Origin: a bacterium
GTDB taxonomy: Bacteria > Hinthialibacterota > Hinthialibacteria > Hinthialibacterales > Hinthialibacteraceae
Direction: 5' to 3'
Length of the DNA: 64,000 nucleotides
NCBI GenBank assembly: GCA_963663405.2
Contig: CAXXSM010000012.1
Span: forward strand, 1 to 64,000
The position numbers were made by a program, and so were the translations under genes. The notes beneath the pieces were generated by a model. That model saw nothing but the letters and a program-made list of their open reading frames with translations, made no database searches and had not been told where the DNA came from. Shown here piece after piece: positions 45,932 to 56,185 of this stretch (its first letter is position 1; every line of letters begins with the position of its first letter).

Positions 45932-48409
45932 TTAGGAATCAGAAGGTTTATTTTCCTCTTCATCCTCATGTAAAACTGACTCTGGCGCGCTTTCCGCGGA
46001 GGCTTCAGGCGCCGGTTCTGGTTCCACGCTAGCGGTCTCTTCCATCGCTTCCGTGGCCGTTTCCGGCGCTGGCTCCGGCTCGGAGATTTCTACAGTCTCT
46101 TCCACTGCTTCTGGAGCCGGTTCTACTTCCACACTGGCGGTTTCTTCAACTGGCTCAGCAACCGCTTCCGGCGCTGGTTCCGGCTCGGAGATTTCTACGG
46201 TCTCTTCCACCTCTTCTGGAGCCGCTTCCACTTCCACACTGGCGGTTTCTTCAACTGGCTCAGCAACCGCTTCCGGCGCTGGTTCCGGCTCGGGGGTTTC
46301 TACAGCCTCTTCCACCGCTTCTGGAGCCGGCTCCACTTCTACACTGGCGGTTTCTTCAACTGGCTCAGCAACCGCTTCTGGCGCTGGTTCCGGCTCGGAG
46401 ATTTCTACGGTCTCTTCCACCGCTTCTTGAGACGGTTCCACTTCCACACTGGCGGTCTCTTCCACCGGTTCAGCAGCCGCTTCCAGCGCTGGTTCCGGCT
46501 CGGGGATTTCTACAGCCTCTTCCACCGCTTCTGGAGCTGGTTCCATTTCCATACTGGCGGTCTCTTCCACCGGTTCAATTACCGCTTCCGGCGCTGGTTC
46601 CGGTTCGGGTTCGGAGGAGGCTTCTTCTTGCTGCTGCATCAGCCGATGCATTTGTTCGCCAAGCAATTCACCCAGCGTCGCGTTACCGCCGCTTTCATCA
46701 GCCATATAACGCTGCACTTCCTGATGTTCCTGTTCTTTCAAGAAATCTTTCAAGGAAAGGCTGATCTTCCGGTTCCCTCGATCGAATTTGATCACTTTCA
46801 TCGTGACCACATCACCGACTTTGACGACTTCCTCAGGTTTCTTGCCCTTTTGCGCGGTTAAGGTCGAAGCGTGCGCGAGTCCTTCAATGCCTTTTTCCAA
46901 CTCGACAAACGCGCCGAATTCCGTCATCCGGATGACTTTCACCTCGACGGGCATACCCACTTTGTATTTCTTTTGGGCGACATCCCACGGATCAGGCTCC
47001 AGCTGTTTGAGTCCGAGAGAGATCCGCTGTTGAGAGGGATCGATTTCAAGGACTTTGGCTTGGATTTTATCCCCTTTTTTAAGGATTTGTTTCGGGTGGT
47101 TTACTTTCTCCGCCCACGACATATCCGAAACGTGAATCATTCCATCCACGCCTTCTGGAAGCCGCACAAACGCGCCAAAGTCCGTCATTCCCGTGACATC
47201 GCCTTCAATCACTGTCCCTGGCGGATAATTGGTCTTCGCGAGAGTCCATGGATCGACTGTGGTCTGGCGCAGACTCAATGAGATCCGTTTCCGTTCTTCA
47301 TCGATGCTGAGCACTTTCACCCGGACTTCTTCTTTTTCTTTCAGAAGTTCGGAAGGATGATGGATGCGTTTCACCCAGGACATCTCCGAGATGTGGATCA
47401 ATCCTTCAACGCCTTCTTCCAATCCAACGAAAGCCCCATATTTTGTCAAACTGGTCACTTCTCCCCCCACAAGTGATCCAGGAGGATATTTTTCCTGCAC
47501 GTTCAACCAGGGATCGGGCGCCCGTTGTTTTAAACCGAGGGAAATGCGATCTCCATCCACGCTCAACACCATGACCGTGAATTCATCGCCGACATTAACT
47601 ACTTCCCTTGGATGCGCCACATGCCCCCAGGACATGTCATTCACGTGCAAAAGCCCATCGACCCCACCCAGGTCGACAAACGCGCCGAAATCGGTCAAGT
47701 TTTTAACAACGCCTTTGATCCAATTTCCGACCTTCAACGCGGCCATTGTCTCTTTGCGGAGGCGGGAGCGCTTTTCTTCAATCGCCTTCCGCTGAGAAAG
47801 AATCAGATCCCGTTTCCTTCTCATCTCAAGGATCTTCGCTTCGATCCTTTGCCCGATCAACGCTTTTTGGTCCTCTTCATTCCGCGCTCCGGGTCCCATT
47901 TGTGAAAAGGGAATGAAGCCACGCAGGCCATCCACATTCACTTCGAACCCGCCCCGCACGATCGCTTTCACGACACAGAAGACCGGGGTTCCATTTTCAT
48001 ACGATTCCCGTAACGTCTTTTTAGCGATCCGTTCTTTCGCTTTCCGGCGTGAAAGAACCGGCAGTCCATCATGACCCTCCCGGTTGATCACCATCACTTC
48101 CACGTCCATGCCTACAAACACATTGGGATCTTTTCCATCTTCAAGAAACTCACGAAGAGGAATCACTCCCTCCGACTTGGAACCGATATCCACAACGACG
48201 TCATCCGTCGTGACTTTCAAAACCTTGCCGGTAATAATCTGGTTGACAACGATCTCCGTAAACGTCTGATCGATCATTGACTCGAAATCTTCGCTGTCAT
48301 CCATAAAAACATCGGGGTTCTCGTCTTCTGTCACATTGATGTCTTCCCCTAAGGTCCTCTCATCTTGGGCGTCAATCGCCGCCGCTTGCTCTCGTTCATG
48401 ACCTATCAT
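45932..48409 (-). CDS. rpsA: 30S ribosomal protein S1 with long acidic repetitive C-terminal tail
   Basis: Six S1 domains (VDIGSKSEG, FGAFVDLGGVDGLLHV, GVEGLIHISEMSW, RISLGLKQ). Confidence 0.96.
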   Translation of the reverse strand: MIGHEREQAAAIDAQDERTLGEDINVTEDENPDVFMDDSEDFESMIDQTFTEIVVNQIITGKVLKVTTDDVVVDIGSKSEGVIPLREFLEDGKDPNVFVGMDVEVMVINREGHDGLPVLSRRKAKERIAKKTLRESYENGTPVFCVVKAIVRGGFEVNVDGLRGFIPFSQMGPGARNEEDQKALIGQRIEAKILEMRRKRDLILSQRKAIEEKRSRLRKETMAALKVGNWIKGVVKNLTDFGAFVDLGGVDGLLHVNDMSWGHVAHPREVVNVGDEFTVMVLSVDGDRISLGLKQRAPDPWLNVQEKYPPGSLVGGEVTSLTKYGAFVGLEEGVEGLIHISEMSWVKRIHHPSELLKEKEEVRVKVLSIDEERKRISLSLRQTTVDPWTLAKTNYPPGTVIEGDVTGMTDFGAFVRLPEGVDGMIHVSDMSWAEKVNHPKQILKKGDKIQAKVLEIDPSQQRISLGLKQLEPDPWDVAQKKYKVGMPVEVKVIRMTEFGAFVELEKGIEGLAHASTLTAQKGKKPEEVVKVGDVVTMKVIKFDRGNRKISLSLKDFLKEQEHQEVQRYMADESGGNATLGELLGEQMHRLMQQQEEASSEPEPEPAPEAVIEPVEETASMEMEPAPEAVEEAVEIPEPEPALEAAAEPVEETASVEVEPSQEAVEETVEISEPEPAPEAVAEPVEETASVEVEPAPEAVEEAVETPEPEPAPEAVAEPVEETASVEVEAAPEEVEETVEISEPEPAPEAVAEPVEETASVEVEPAPEAVEETVEISEPEPAPETATEAMEETASVEPEPAPEASAESAPESVLHEDEEENKPSDS
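46001..46606 (-). repeat. 105-bp (35-aa) coding tandem repeat, 5 full plus 1 partial copies
   Basis: Unit EPEPAPEAVAEPVEETASVEVEPAPEAVEETVEIS starting at 46606, 46501, 46396, 46291, 46186, 46081. Confidence 0.92.
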
Positions 48410-48560
48410 CTAAACCTAAGCCTCCAGTGTCAAAAATAACGGATAATAACTCTAATCAAAAATAATACTTACTAAATCCTCAATATAAATATGACCGAAA
48501 GGATTCTACAGGATTTTTAAAGCATGTTAAGGCTTTCAAAAGGGAACACACTCTTGGGGA

Positions 48561-49196
48561 TTATTTTGTCATCTTTTCATCCAAGACGGATTTCAAATGA
48601 AATACCGCGCGCTCCATTTCTTTCGTAAACTCTTTGATAAGTTCCGAATCCGCCTTGGCCCGCGTCTCACCTTTTGGAATTAACGGTTGTCCTATCAGTG
48701 TTCGTATTTTCTTGGGACGTGGGAACCATGCCTTTCTTGGGTACGCCTCATACGTCCCGGAGATGTAGACCGGCACAATCGGCGCTTGGCTCTTATGCGC
48801 CAGCCAAGCCGCGCCTGTCTCAAACGGCTGCATCTGACCGTTCTCACTTCGCGTGCCTTCCGGGAACAATAAGATCGCTTTCCCTTCCCGTAATGTCCGC
48901 AACGTAATCATCACGGACCTCATGTCACCTTGACCCCGCGCCACTGGAATGGAACCAATCCGTCTCAGCCACCACCCAAGTAATGGCGCCGCTCTCAATT
49001 CTCTTTTCAAAAGGAATGTCAATTGCCGCTTGATGCCAACAGTAATCAGGGGTGGATCTAGATAACTGCAATGATTGGCCGCCAAAATGACTGGACCGGA
49101 TGAAGGAATATTCTCTTCGCCTTCGGTCGAGAGACGAAAAAATATCTTTGCCAACACCCGGAAAAAATGCCAGTTTATCTTGTAGAAAAAATCCAT
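48561..49196 (-). CDS. plsC: 1-acyl-sn-glycerol-3-phosphate acyltransferase
   Basis: NHCSYLDP (HX4D), FPEGTRS, PIVPVYI. Confidence 0.9.
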   Translation of the reverse strand: MDFFYKINWHFFRVLAKIFFRLSTEGEENIPSSGPVILAANHCSYLDPPLITVGIKRQLTFLLKRELRAAPLLGWWLRRIGSIPVARGQGDMRSVMITLRTLREGKAILLFPEGTRSENGQMQPFETGAAWLAHKSQAPIVPVYISGTYEAYPRKAWFPRPKKIRTLIGQPLIPKGETRAKADSELIKEFTKEMERAVFHLKSVLDEKMTK

Positions 49197-49221
49197 ATCT
49201 ACACTTGAATCCTATCGATGT

Positions 49222-49250
49222 ACGATATCACCAGACATTCAGAATGGCAA
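49222..49250 (-). promoter_or_regulatory. Sigma70-type promoter of plsC-rpsA
   Basis: Minus strand TTGCCA-N17-TATCGT with TG upstream of -10. Confidence 0.45.
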
Positions 49251-49511
49251 GGTTACAACACGTTTCACTTAAAAAGAAATAAATCAAGGTTTTGCTGAAT
49301 TAACGCCAGTATGGCAGGGATTAATATACTTTATATGGTATACACACCTAAATTAAAACACAAGAAATACGAATACTCCAAAAAAGTGTGTTTTTCTGGG
49401 CGCAGAATAATATACACAAGAAGAGAATGTAAAACTTTTCAACGCTATGTGAATGGGAGCGATTTCCCCGCCGGATCAGATTCATCAGACATGTCATCAT
49501 GCCGTCAGAAC

Positions 49512-51293
49512 TCAATCCTGATCCGCCAGCCGATTGGCGGCTCTTGCTATCAGCAATTGTGTTAGATATAGGCAGACTCCACATTGAAGCGCGACAAAGA
49601 AATAAGGGCCAATCCCCTCTTGAAAGGGCAGCAGATTCCGGCCCAAAATATTGACCTGCTCGCTGGGGAAGAGCGATGTCACACCCGCCAATGGGCTGAT
49701 CAACGCCAATAAAAGGATTCCAAAACCCGGCGGTGAGTTCGTTGTTGAAAATAAAAACGGCGCGATGATCGTGACGAAGATCACAAGACTAGACACAATC
49801 AACGCCCGGTTGGTCTGCCGGAAACAGGCGGAACAGTACAGACCAAACGCGGTATAGACCAACAACGCGCACAGCAGAATAATAGGATAAAACAAGATTG
49901 CGAAGGTATCCCTTACATTCGAGACCAGATCGACTTCATATCCCAGCAAGCCGCACGTGAGTTGAAGAAGCATACCGGGTAGATACAACGCCAGCGCGAT
50001 GAAAAAATTATACTGCAAATTCGTCATGAACTTGGCCCGGACGATCTGATCGGACGAGAGAAGCGACGTTCGGATCAAATCGAGTAAACCTCGATCACGG
50101 TCCGCGCTGATACTCGTCGCCGCCAACGGCAGCGTAAACAGAGACGCGATCAAAAACGGAAGCGAGAAAAACAACCACGATCCTTCATACGAGGCTAAAG
50201 GCAATGTCAGAACCGATGTAATCAGCGCCGTATAAAACAGGCGCATGACCACCGGCAGCCGGGCGAACCATTGTACCCGCCGTTCGAGCACCAAGCCGGG
50301 ATTTCCTTCCTCACTCGTTTTATTAAATGAGATATCGTAATCCCGGTCATAAATCTGTGAGTCGTCCTCTTCCTCCAAACTGCGCCCCCATTCTTCGGTA
50401 ACGCCTAAAACAATACTCCGTACCCTGCGCGTCGTAGCCCACAATAATACAATACAAAGCGCGAAGGATAGCATTATGTAATGTTTTAACACCATCGGCA
50501 ATCCCATCGGCTTTAAGGTTCCCGACCGAATCAATTCGCTAGGATCATATAAAATCGATACGCCGTTCTTCAGCGCCGCGCTAGGATAAAACTCCTCCCG
50601 CAACGTGAAAAATGGACTGATATACTGAAATCCATGATCCTGCAATCCAAAATCAGTCCATTTCAACGTCGAAAAATAATGCCAGGCGGATCCATGATAC
50701 GGAATCAAGAAAGAACTAAAGAACGTCGCGATAACCGCGATCAGGTACACTTCATACACTCGCTTGCGCAAGGTGGAACAAAACAAGCCTAAACAGCCCA
50801 TCGTGAATGTGGCGGTAAATAGAATCAGGTACGTGCGTGACACTTCATAAAATGAAAGCCCACCCCCCAAAAAACAGAGGGAAAGAATCGGAATTCCAGA
50901 GATTAAGAGTATAAATAAATAAATTAACGGGGAGAGCAGTTTTGAAAAAACGAAATGAGAGACCGAAATCGGTGACGAAAGCAGCGTATCCAACGTCGAC
51001 CGTTCCCGCTCTTCCACAATGACGGGCGCCATCAACAACGGTGTCACAATCGTGATAAAAAAGAGATGCCCTTTCGCCAACGTATAAAACAACGCCCGCG
51101 CGCCTTGCGGGATATCACCATCGGGAGCCCAGGCGCTGGCGAACGCGCCCCAGTTTTGGCTGACAAGATAATTCACTCCTACTAAAAATAAAAAAAAGAA
51201 CACAAACGATTTTGTGCTCCGCAAAAAAGACCGCAATTCCCGCCATAAGATCGGTGAGATCCAGATTCGTAATAAACTTCGCGCCAACGCCAT
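49512..51293 (-). CDS. ABC-2 type permease with two membrane domains
   Basis: PILWRELRS; EERERSTLDTLLSSP..SK; second SISADRDRGLLDLIRTS..AKF; likely ATG 51293. Confidence 0.85.
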   Translation of the reverse strand: MALARSLLRIWISPILWRELRSFLRSTKSFVFFFLFLVGVNYLVSQNWGAFASAWAPDGDIPQGARALFYTLAKGHLFFITIVTPLLMAPVIVEERERSTLDTLLSSPISVSHFVFSKLLSPLIYLFILLISGIPILSLCFLGGGLSFYEVSRTYLILFTATFTMGCLGLFCSTLRKRVYEVYLIAVIATFFSSFLIPYHGSAWHYFSTLKWTDFGLQDHGFQYISPFFTLREEFYPSAALKNGVSILYDPSELIRSGTLKPMGLPMVLKHYIMLSFALCIVLLWATTRRVRSIVLGVTEEWGRSLEEEDDSQIYDRDYDISFNKTSEEGNPGLVLERRVQWFARLPVVMRLFYTALITSVLTLPLASYEGSWLFFSLPFLIASLFTLPLAATSISADRDRGLLDLIRTSLLSSDQIVRAKFMTNLQYNFFIALALYLPGMLLQLTCGLLGYEVDLVSNVRDTFAILFYPIILLCALLVYTAFGLYCSACFRQTNRALIVSSLVIFVTIIAPFLFSTTNSPPGFGILLLALISPLAGVTSLFPSEQVNILGRNLLPFQEGIGPYFFVALQCGVCLYLTQLLIARAANRLADQD

Positions 51294-51403
51294 GATTGTT
51301 ATCCTCTTCTCCGAATAATTGACAAGTGGATCGTTCCCATTTGCGAACAATCATCTACCCACTCTCTAATGTAACGATTAAAAGAGTTCTTACGCTTCAC
51401 AAA

Positions 51404-53350
51404 TTATTCACTCTGGACTAAATATCTCTCCGCCAGTTTCTTCAGGAAATCCGCGATGGATAAAAACACGACACACTGGATGAACAAATAGAGATACGCA
51501 TATAGCGCTTCATCCGATACGCCGGTCATTTGATAAATATACTGCTGTTCCACTCCCGGACCGGGTTCCAATTTCCCCGGAAGGATTCCATGCATTCCCA
51601 AAAGTGGACAAAAAAGAGCATATATCCTGCTCAAATAAAAAATCGGGAACCATATCAAATTAAAAATAATTCTGTAACTAGAGGGAGCATTAAGCCCGAG
51701 GAACTGGGGATCGTAAAACCATGAAGTCAATAATTGATACGACTGCTCCCCCCCAATGATCGTAGGAATCAACGTGGCAAAGATAATGATTCCCGTAACC
51801 AGCAACGCCTTATTGGTCTTTTGAAAAAAAGTAGAAAAAAACAGGCCCATCGAAGAGTAAAACCGCAACGCGCAGTAAAAAAAGAAAGGAGAGACGATCA
51901 GAGCCAGGATATCGAGAACCCATTTTGCTCCCGTCGCTTTAATCACTCCAAACCAAAGAAATAAAGACCGGATTACCATTCCCGGCAGAAACAGGGCCAG
52001 AGCGATAATAAAACTATACGTAAAACATGAGGTGAATTTCGTCTTGATAATCTCGCGCATGGGAATCAATGTCGTTAACAGTAGATCTAACGTCCCCCGC
52101 TCCCGTTCAGTACTAATCGAGGCCGCCGTCATCGGAACGGTGAGAAGGATCGAAACAACCAAAGGAAGGTAAAAAAAGTAGACCGCATTCTGATCGGAGA
52201 TGATTGGAATGATGATAATGGAGAAGATAATTCCACTGTAAAACAGGCGGATTAAAACTGTCGAGCGGGCGAACCATTGCATTCGTCTTTCCAAGATCGC
52301 TCCGGCTTTTTCTTCTTGATGGATAAACCTTTTGGAAAATTCTACAGTTAAATCACGGTAGAGCAGCTTGTTTCTGGATCGATCGACTGGAATCCGGGAC
52401 TTCCGGACTTTATAAAGCGAGGTCCGGCCTTGCGCCATCAACTGAACCCGGCGCCGGGCCCAGAACACCATAAGGACACTCACTAACAAGGACATAACCG
52501 GGTAAATGTATAATGGATCGAGTCCTAATCGAATTTTAACATAACGCCCGGCGCCAAGAAATATATACGAAAAGTAATCAAACATCTCAACGGTATTGAT
52601 TGCGGAGCCGCTCTGACTCGAGGGATAAAAATCCTCCCAGAGAATCACAAGAGGATTTAACAAATGGCATAAATGATTCGTTTCACTAATATGGCGGGCC
52701 GGCCGGGTTCCGATCAGATCGATTAACGTTCCATGAAAAGGAATCACGATCGCATAGAGCAGGATCATACCGCCGGTGATTAAATAAACCTCATGCAGTT
52801 TCGGACGCAGCGTAGAACAAAAAAGACCAATGCTGCCAAACGTAATAATCGTGAGCAGCATGTTTAAATACGCCTTGAAAATAACATACGGTGAAAGTCC
52901 GCCACCCATCAGACAAAGCGATAAAATGGGAATCGCGGCGGTCAAGAGAAAGACGATGAAAAGCAACGGCGCGAACAACTTCGCCGCCACGAGCTGGCGG
53001 GGCGTGATGGGAGAAGAAAGCAGCAATTCCAACGTGCCTTTCTCCCGTTCTTCCGCCACCTTCGACGCCGACATAAACGGGGTAATAATCATCAAAAAAA
53101 GAAGATGGATAAAGGCAAGAGAAAAAAACAATCCACGGGAAACCCTTGCCACATCACTAGATTGGTTCGCCCAGTAAGTGATAACTTGGCTCCATCCCTG
53201 CAGCATGAAAAACGTAAGAGCCGCGAGAAAGAGAAAGAGCATTACAAAGGTCTTTTTTTTTCGTAATATAGAACGGAGCTCCCGTGACAAGAGTGGAAAA
53301 GAAAAATGAATTTGATTCAACACCGGCAGGACACGCATATGACAAATCAT
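51404..53350 (-). CDS. ABC-2 type permease with two membrane domains (paralog of neighbour)
   Basis: PLLSRELRS; EEREKGTLELLLSSP..AK; SISTERERGTLDLLLTT..TKF; shares LERR.QWFAR..V..RLFY with neighbour. Confidence 0.85.
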   Translation of the reverse strand: MICHMRVLPVLNQIHFSFPLLSRELRSILRKKKTFVMLFLFLAALTFFMLQGWSQVITYWANQSSDVARVSRGLFFSLAFIHLLFLMIITPFMSASKVAEEREKGTLELLLSSPITPRQLVAAKLFAPLLFIVFLLTAAIPILSLCLMGGGLSPYVIFKAYLNMLLTIITFGSIGLFCSTLRPKLHEVYLITGGMILLYAIVIPFHGTLIDLIGTRPARHISETNHLCHLLNPLVILWEDFYPSSQSGSAINTVEMFDYFSYIFLGAGRYVKIRLGLDPLYIYPVMSLLVSVLMVFWARRRVQLMAQGRTSLYKVRKSRIPVDRSRNKLLYRDLTVEFSKRFIHQEEKAGAILERRMQWFARSTVLIRLFYSGIIFSIIIIPIISDQNAVYFFYLPLVVSILLTVPMTAASISTERERGTLDLLLTTLIPMREIIKTKFTSCFTYSFIIALALFLPGMVIRSLFLWFGVIKATGAKWVLDILALIVSPFFFYCALRFYSSMGLFFSTFFQKTNKALLVTGIIIFATLIPTIIGGEQSYQLLTSWFYDPQFLGLNAPSSYRIIFNLIWFPIFYLSRIYALFCPLLGMHGILPGKLEPGPGVEQQYIYQMTGVSDEALYAYLYLFIQCVVFLSIADFLKKLAERYLVQSE

Positions 53351-56062
53351 CCCTTTTTGTATATTTTCAATCGTATCGTGAATTCATTCATCCCGTCAGA
53401 CACTATGAAGAAGGGGGTCATTTCATTGTTCAAGCGAACCCAATTCCTCCAGCCACATCGATCCAAATGTTTCACGTTGAATATAACGGGCTATCATTTA
53501 CATTTGTTTATCCTTCCCGTGTTGGTATTTTACTCACTGACTGCTATAACCCCCACGGCGCATTCGGCGGAAGATCCTTTAAACGACGTTTTGGATCAAC
53601 CAGAGTACTTCGCCGGCGCCACGAATGAACCGTACACTTCCGTCGTCTATGCGGGCTTTGATCCTGAACTGCCCTACCGCCGCGACATGTCCTGGGCGCC
53701 GATTACGGTCGAACTGACCAGCAACCTAAAAAGCATGGAAGGCGAATTGATCGTCGAACTCAAAGACGGCAATGTCACCTATCGAACGCCAATAAACTTG
53801 CCCCTAAAGTCGAAAAAAGCGTACAGTTTTTTTGTCTACGTTCCCGAAATGCTTGATGAACTTAACTTTTTTATTCAGGAGGGCAGGACAAGAACGCCCA
53901 TCCAAACCGTAACCATCCCCAGTGTCGAATCGGAAAACAACCGCTTCGTCGCGGTTCTCAGTCAGGAACGGGGCACCCACAGCCACTTAGCGCACAATCC
54001 GGGTGACAGAGAAGCGGAGGTTATCCGCCGGGTTTTATATACCACGCCGGATATACTCCCCCGGTTCTGGGTCGGCTATCAAAACATTGATGTCATGATC
54101 TGGGACGGCGGTTCCAGCGCCCCTCTTTCCACCGAACGGGCGGCCGCGCTGGAACAATGGATTCAAACAGGCGGCGTTCTCGTCCTGGCCGCCGGGGCGC
54201 ACTGGCAGGAACTGAATAACTCCGCCTTCCGGTTGTATGTTCCACTTACGATGACAAATTCCCGCGTGTTAGAAGCCGGCGCGGAACTGATTTCTCCCAA
54301 AGAAGCGATCCATCCCGTCTTGGCCAATGGCATGGTGATCGCGACGGGTGAACTCTTGGACGATTCTTCAATCAAAGTCTGGCTGAACGCTGGAGAGGAT
54401 CCGTTTCTCGTTGAACGGAAATGGGGCGCTGGACGCATTGTGTTTGTCGCGTCCTCCATCGATCAACCGCTCTTCACGAGTTCTCTGCAAAACAAAGTCT
54501 TCGCGGAATACATCACGGAACGCTCGCATCCCATTCCCCCCCGTGTCGTAAACGACCTCGATCAAAACGTGACAGGATTCCTGCAATATATGGTGCAGGC
54601 GGAGCTTCCCAGCACTTGGTTCATCGCTGGATACCTTGCATTGTACATCATTATTGTCGTGCCTGTGAATTATCTCCTGTTCCGTTCGATCAAACGGCTT
54701 GAATGGGCCTGGTTCACAGTGCCCATCTGGGCGGTTATCTTTGCTTACGGCGCGTACTACATCGGCGCGCTGCGGCAAGAGAGCACGGTCTCCGTCAACG
54801 AAATCAGCGTCATTGAATCCAAACCCAACGCCACAGTAGCGGCGACAACGACGTATACTTCTATCTATTCCCCCGTCCGGCGGTGGTATACGCTCTCATT
54901 TGAAAATCCGCCCGCGTTCCCCCACATCCCAAACTCCCAATCGTCCTTTCAACGCGGCCGGGCCACTTCCAGTGACATTCTTGATATATCCTTCTCCGAT
55001 AAAGGAACCGTTGTGAAGGATTACTTGATTTACCATTGGTCCCAGCGGCAGATCAAAACTCAGCATATTCTCCCCATTGGGAAAGGGGTGGATGTCGATT
55101 TCGAATGGGAAGGCTCCCAGATCATCGGAACCCTGACGAATAACACTGGATTTACACTCATCAATCCAGTCCTTTGGGTGGGATCCTATGAAATCAACCT
55201 GCCGTCGCTGGAAATCGGGGGGAAGATACATATCGACCGGTATTGGAAATCCCGGACCGAGATCAACCTGAACGATCTCCGCAACCAACGGATGTGGGGA
55301 TCGCAGCGAGGCTATAATGTTCCCCGTGAACGAAGAGACGCCAGCGTCTATATCCAAAATGAGATTCAACAATTTTATCCGGAAATCCTCCTTGGCGAAC
55401 CGGGATCCCAAGGTATGGCGATTCTTACGGCGCGGGTGAATCAGCCATCCTTCGCTTTCGATCTCAACGGGGAGAGAGTCGATCCCAAAGGCCAGGCGCT
55501 GTTCTGTCTCATCTTCCCCCTGCGCCAGAATATCGAAGGCCGATTGGTCATCCGGCGAAATTCCTGGCGTTTTCCCACCTCTACGTTGATGAACCTTGGC
55601 CGGCAGGGAAATATGATGATGGGCACATCAGATACCGAATTTATTAACAATAATCAAGAATCGCTGCGCAACATCATTACTGACGTGCCTCTGCTGGGCG
55701 GAAAAATTGAGGAAATGTACATCAACATGAATTACCCAATGCTTGGTTATCCTCAACAAGTCAGCCAGATCGATCCCAGCCTGCAGCTGCAAATTCGCAA
55801 CCGCATCACGAAAAAATACGAGCCGTTATCAGAGATCACCGATAACAGCGGCAAAGTCAAATTCCCCGCGCGTTACTTGAATAAAGCTCTCGGAGGAATT
55901 TCCATTAAAATCAAAGCGCCGTCAAACCGCACAATCCAATTCCCGAATAGCGCCATTGATATCTCATTAACAATGAATTTCGGCGGAGACGATCAGTCTA
56001 CATTCCTTGGACGGCCTTTGGTTGATGAACCTATCGATGAGGAAAGTGACCTTGGGTTATAA
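53306..56062 (+). CDS. Large membrane-anchored ABC-associated protein with GATase-like periplasmic domain
   Basis: WAPITVEL; LEQWIQTGGVLVLAAG; WGAGRIVFVA; central TM pair YLALYIIIVVPVNY...EWAWFTVP; true start uncertain (53306-53477). Confidence 0.75.
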   Translation: MNLIQHRQDTHMTNHPFLYIFNRIVNSFIPSDTMKKGVISLFKRTQFLQPHRSKCFTLNITGYHLHLFILPVLVFYSLTAITPTAHSAEDPLNDVLDQPEYFAGATNEPYTSVVYAGFDPELPYRRDMSWAPITVELTSNLKSMEGELIVELKDGNVTYRTPINLPLKSKKAYSFFVYVPEMLDELNFFIQEGRTRTPIQTVTIPSVESENNRFVAVLSQERGTHSHLAHNPGDREAEVIRRVLYTTPDILPRFWVGYQNIDVMIWDGGSSAPLSTERAAALEQWIQTGGVLVLAAGAHWQELNNSAFRLYVPLTMTNSRVLEAGAELISPKEAIHPVLANGMVIATGELLDDSSIKVWLNAGEDPFLVERKWGAGRIVFVASSIDQPLFTSSLQNKVFAEYITERSHPIPPRVVNDLDQNVTGFLQYMVQAELPSTWFIAGYLALYIIIVVPVNYLLFRSIKRLEWAWFTVPIWAVIFAYGAYYIGALRQESTVSVNEISVIESKPNATVAATTTYTSIYSPVRRWYTLSFENPPAFPHIPNSQSSFQRGRATSSDILDISFSDKGTVVKDYLIYHWSQRQIKTQHILPIGKGVDVDFEWEGSQIIGTLTNNTGFTLINPVLWVGSYEINLPSLEIGGKIHIDRYWKSRTEINLNDLRNQRMWGSQRGYNVPRERRDASVYIQNEIQQFYPEILLGEPGSQGMAILTARVNQPSFAFDLNGERVDPKGQALFCLIFPLRQNIEGRLVIRRNSWRFPTSTLMNLGRQGNMMMGTSDTEFINNNQESLRNIITDVPLLGGKIEEMYINMNYPMLGYPQQVSQIDPSLQLQIRNRITKKYEPLSEITDNSGKVKFPARYLNKALGGISIKIKAPSNRTIQFPNSAIDISLTMNFGGDDQSTFLGRPLVDEPIDEESDLGL

Positions 56063-56185
56063 TACGGGTTGATTGTTCCTCGTTTGGATCCCAATCAAGA
56101 AAAGCGATAGAACAAAAATAATTGTGAAGAGTATCGTTCCATACAAGTCCGGCCTTCCACCGGCGCGGCAAGATAGGAGACACAT

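Noticed and set aside
46001-46606. Regular repeats as a CRISPR array; Ser/Thr/Gly-rich + strand ORF 46053-46430
   Set aside because: No unique spacers; in-frame coding VNTR of rpsA, and the + ORF is its antisense reading
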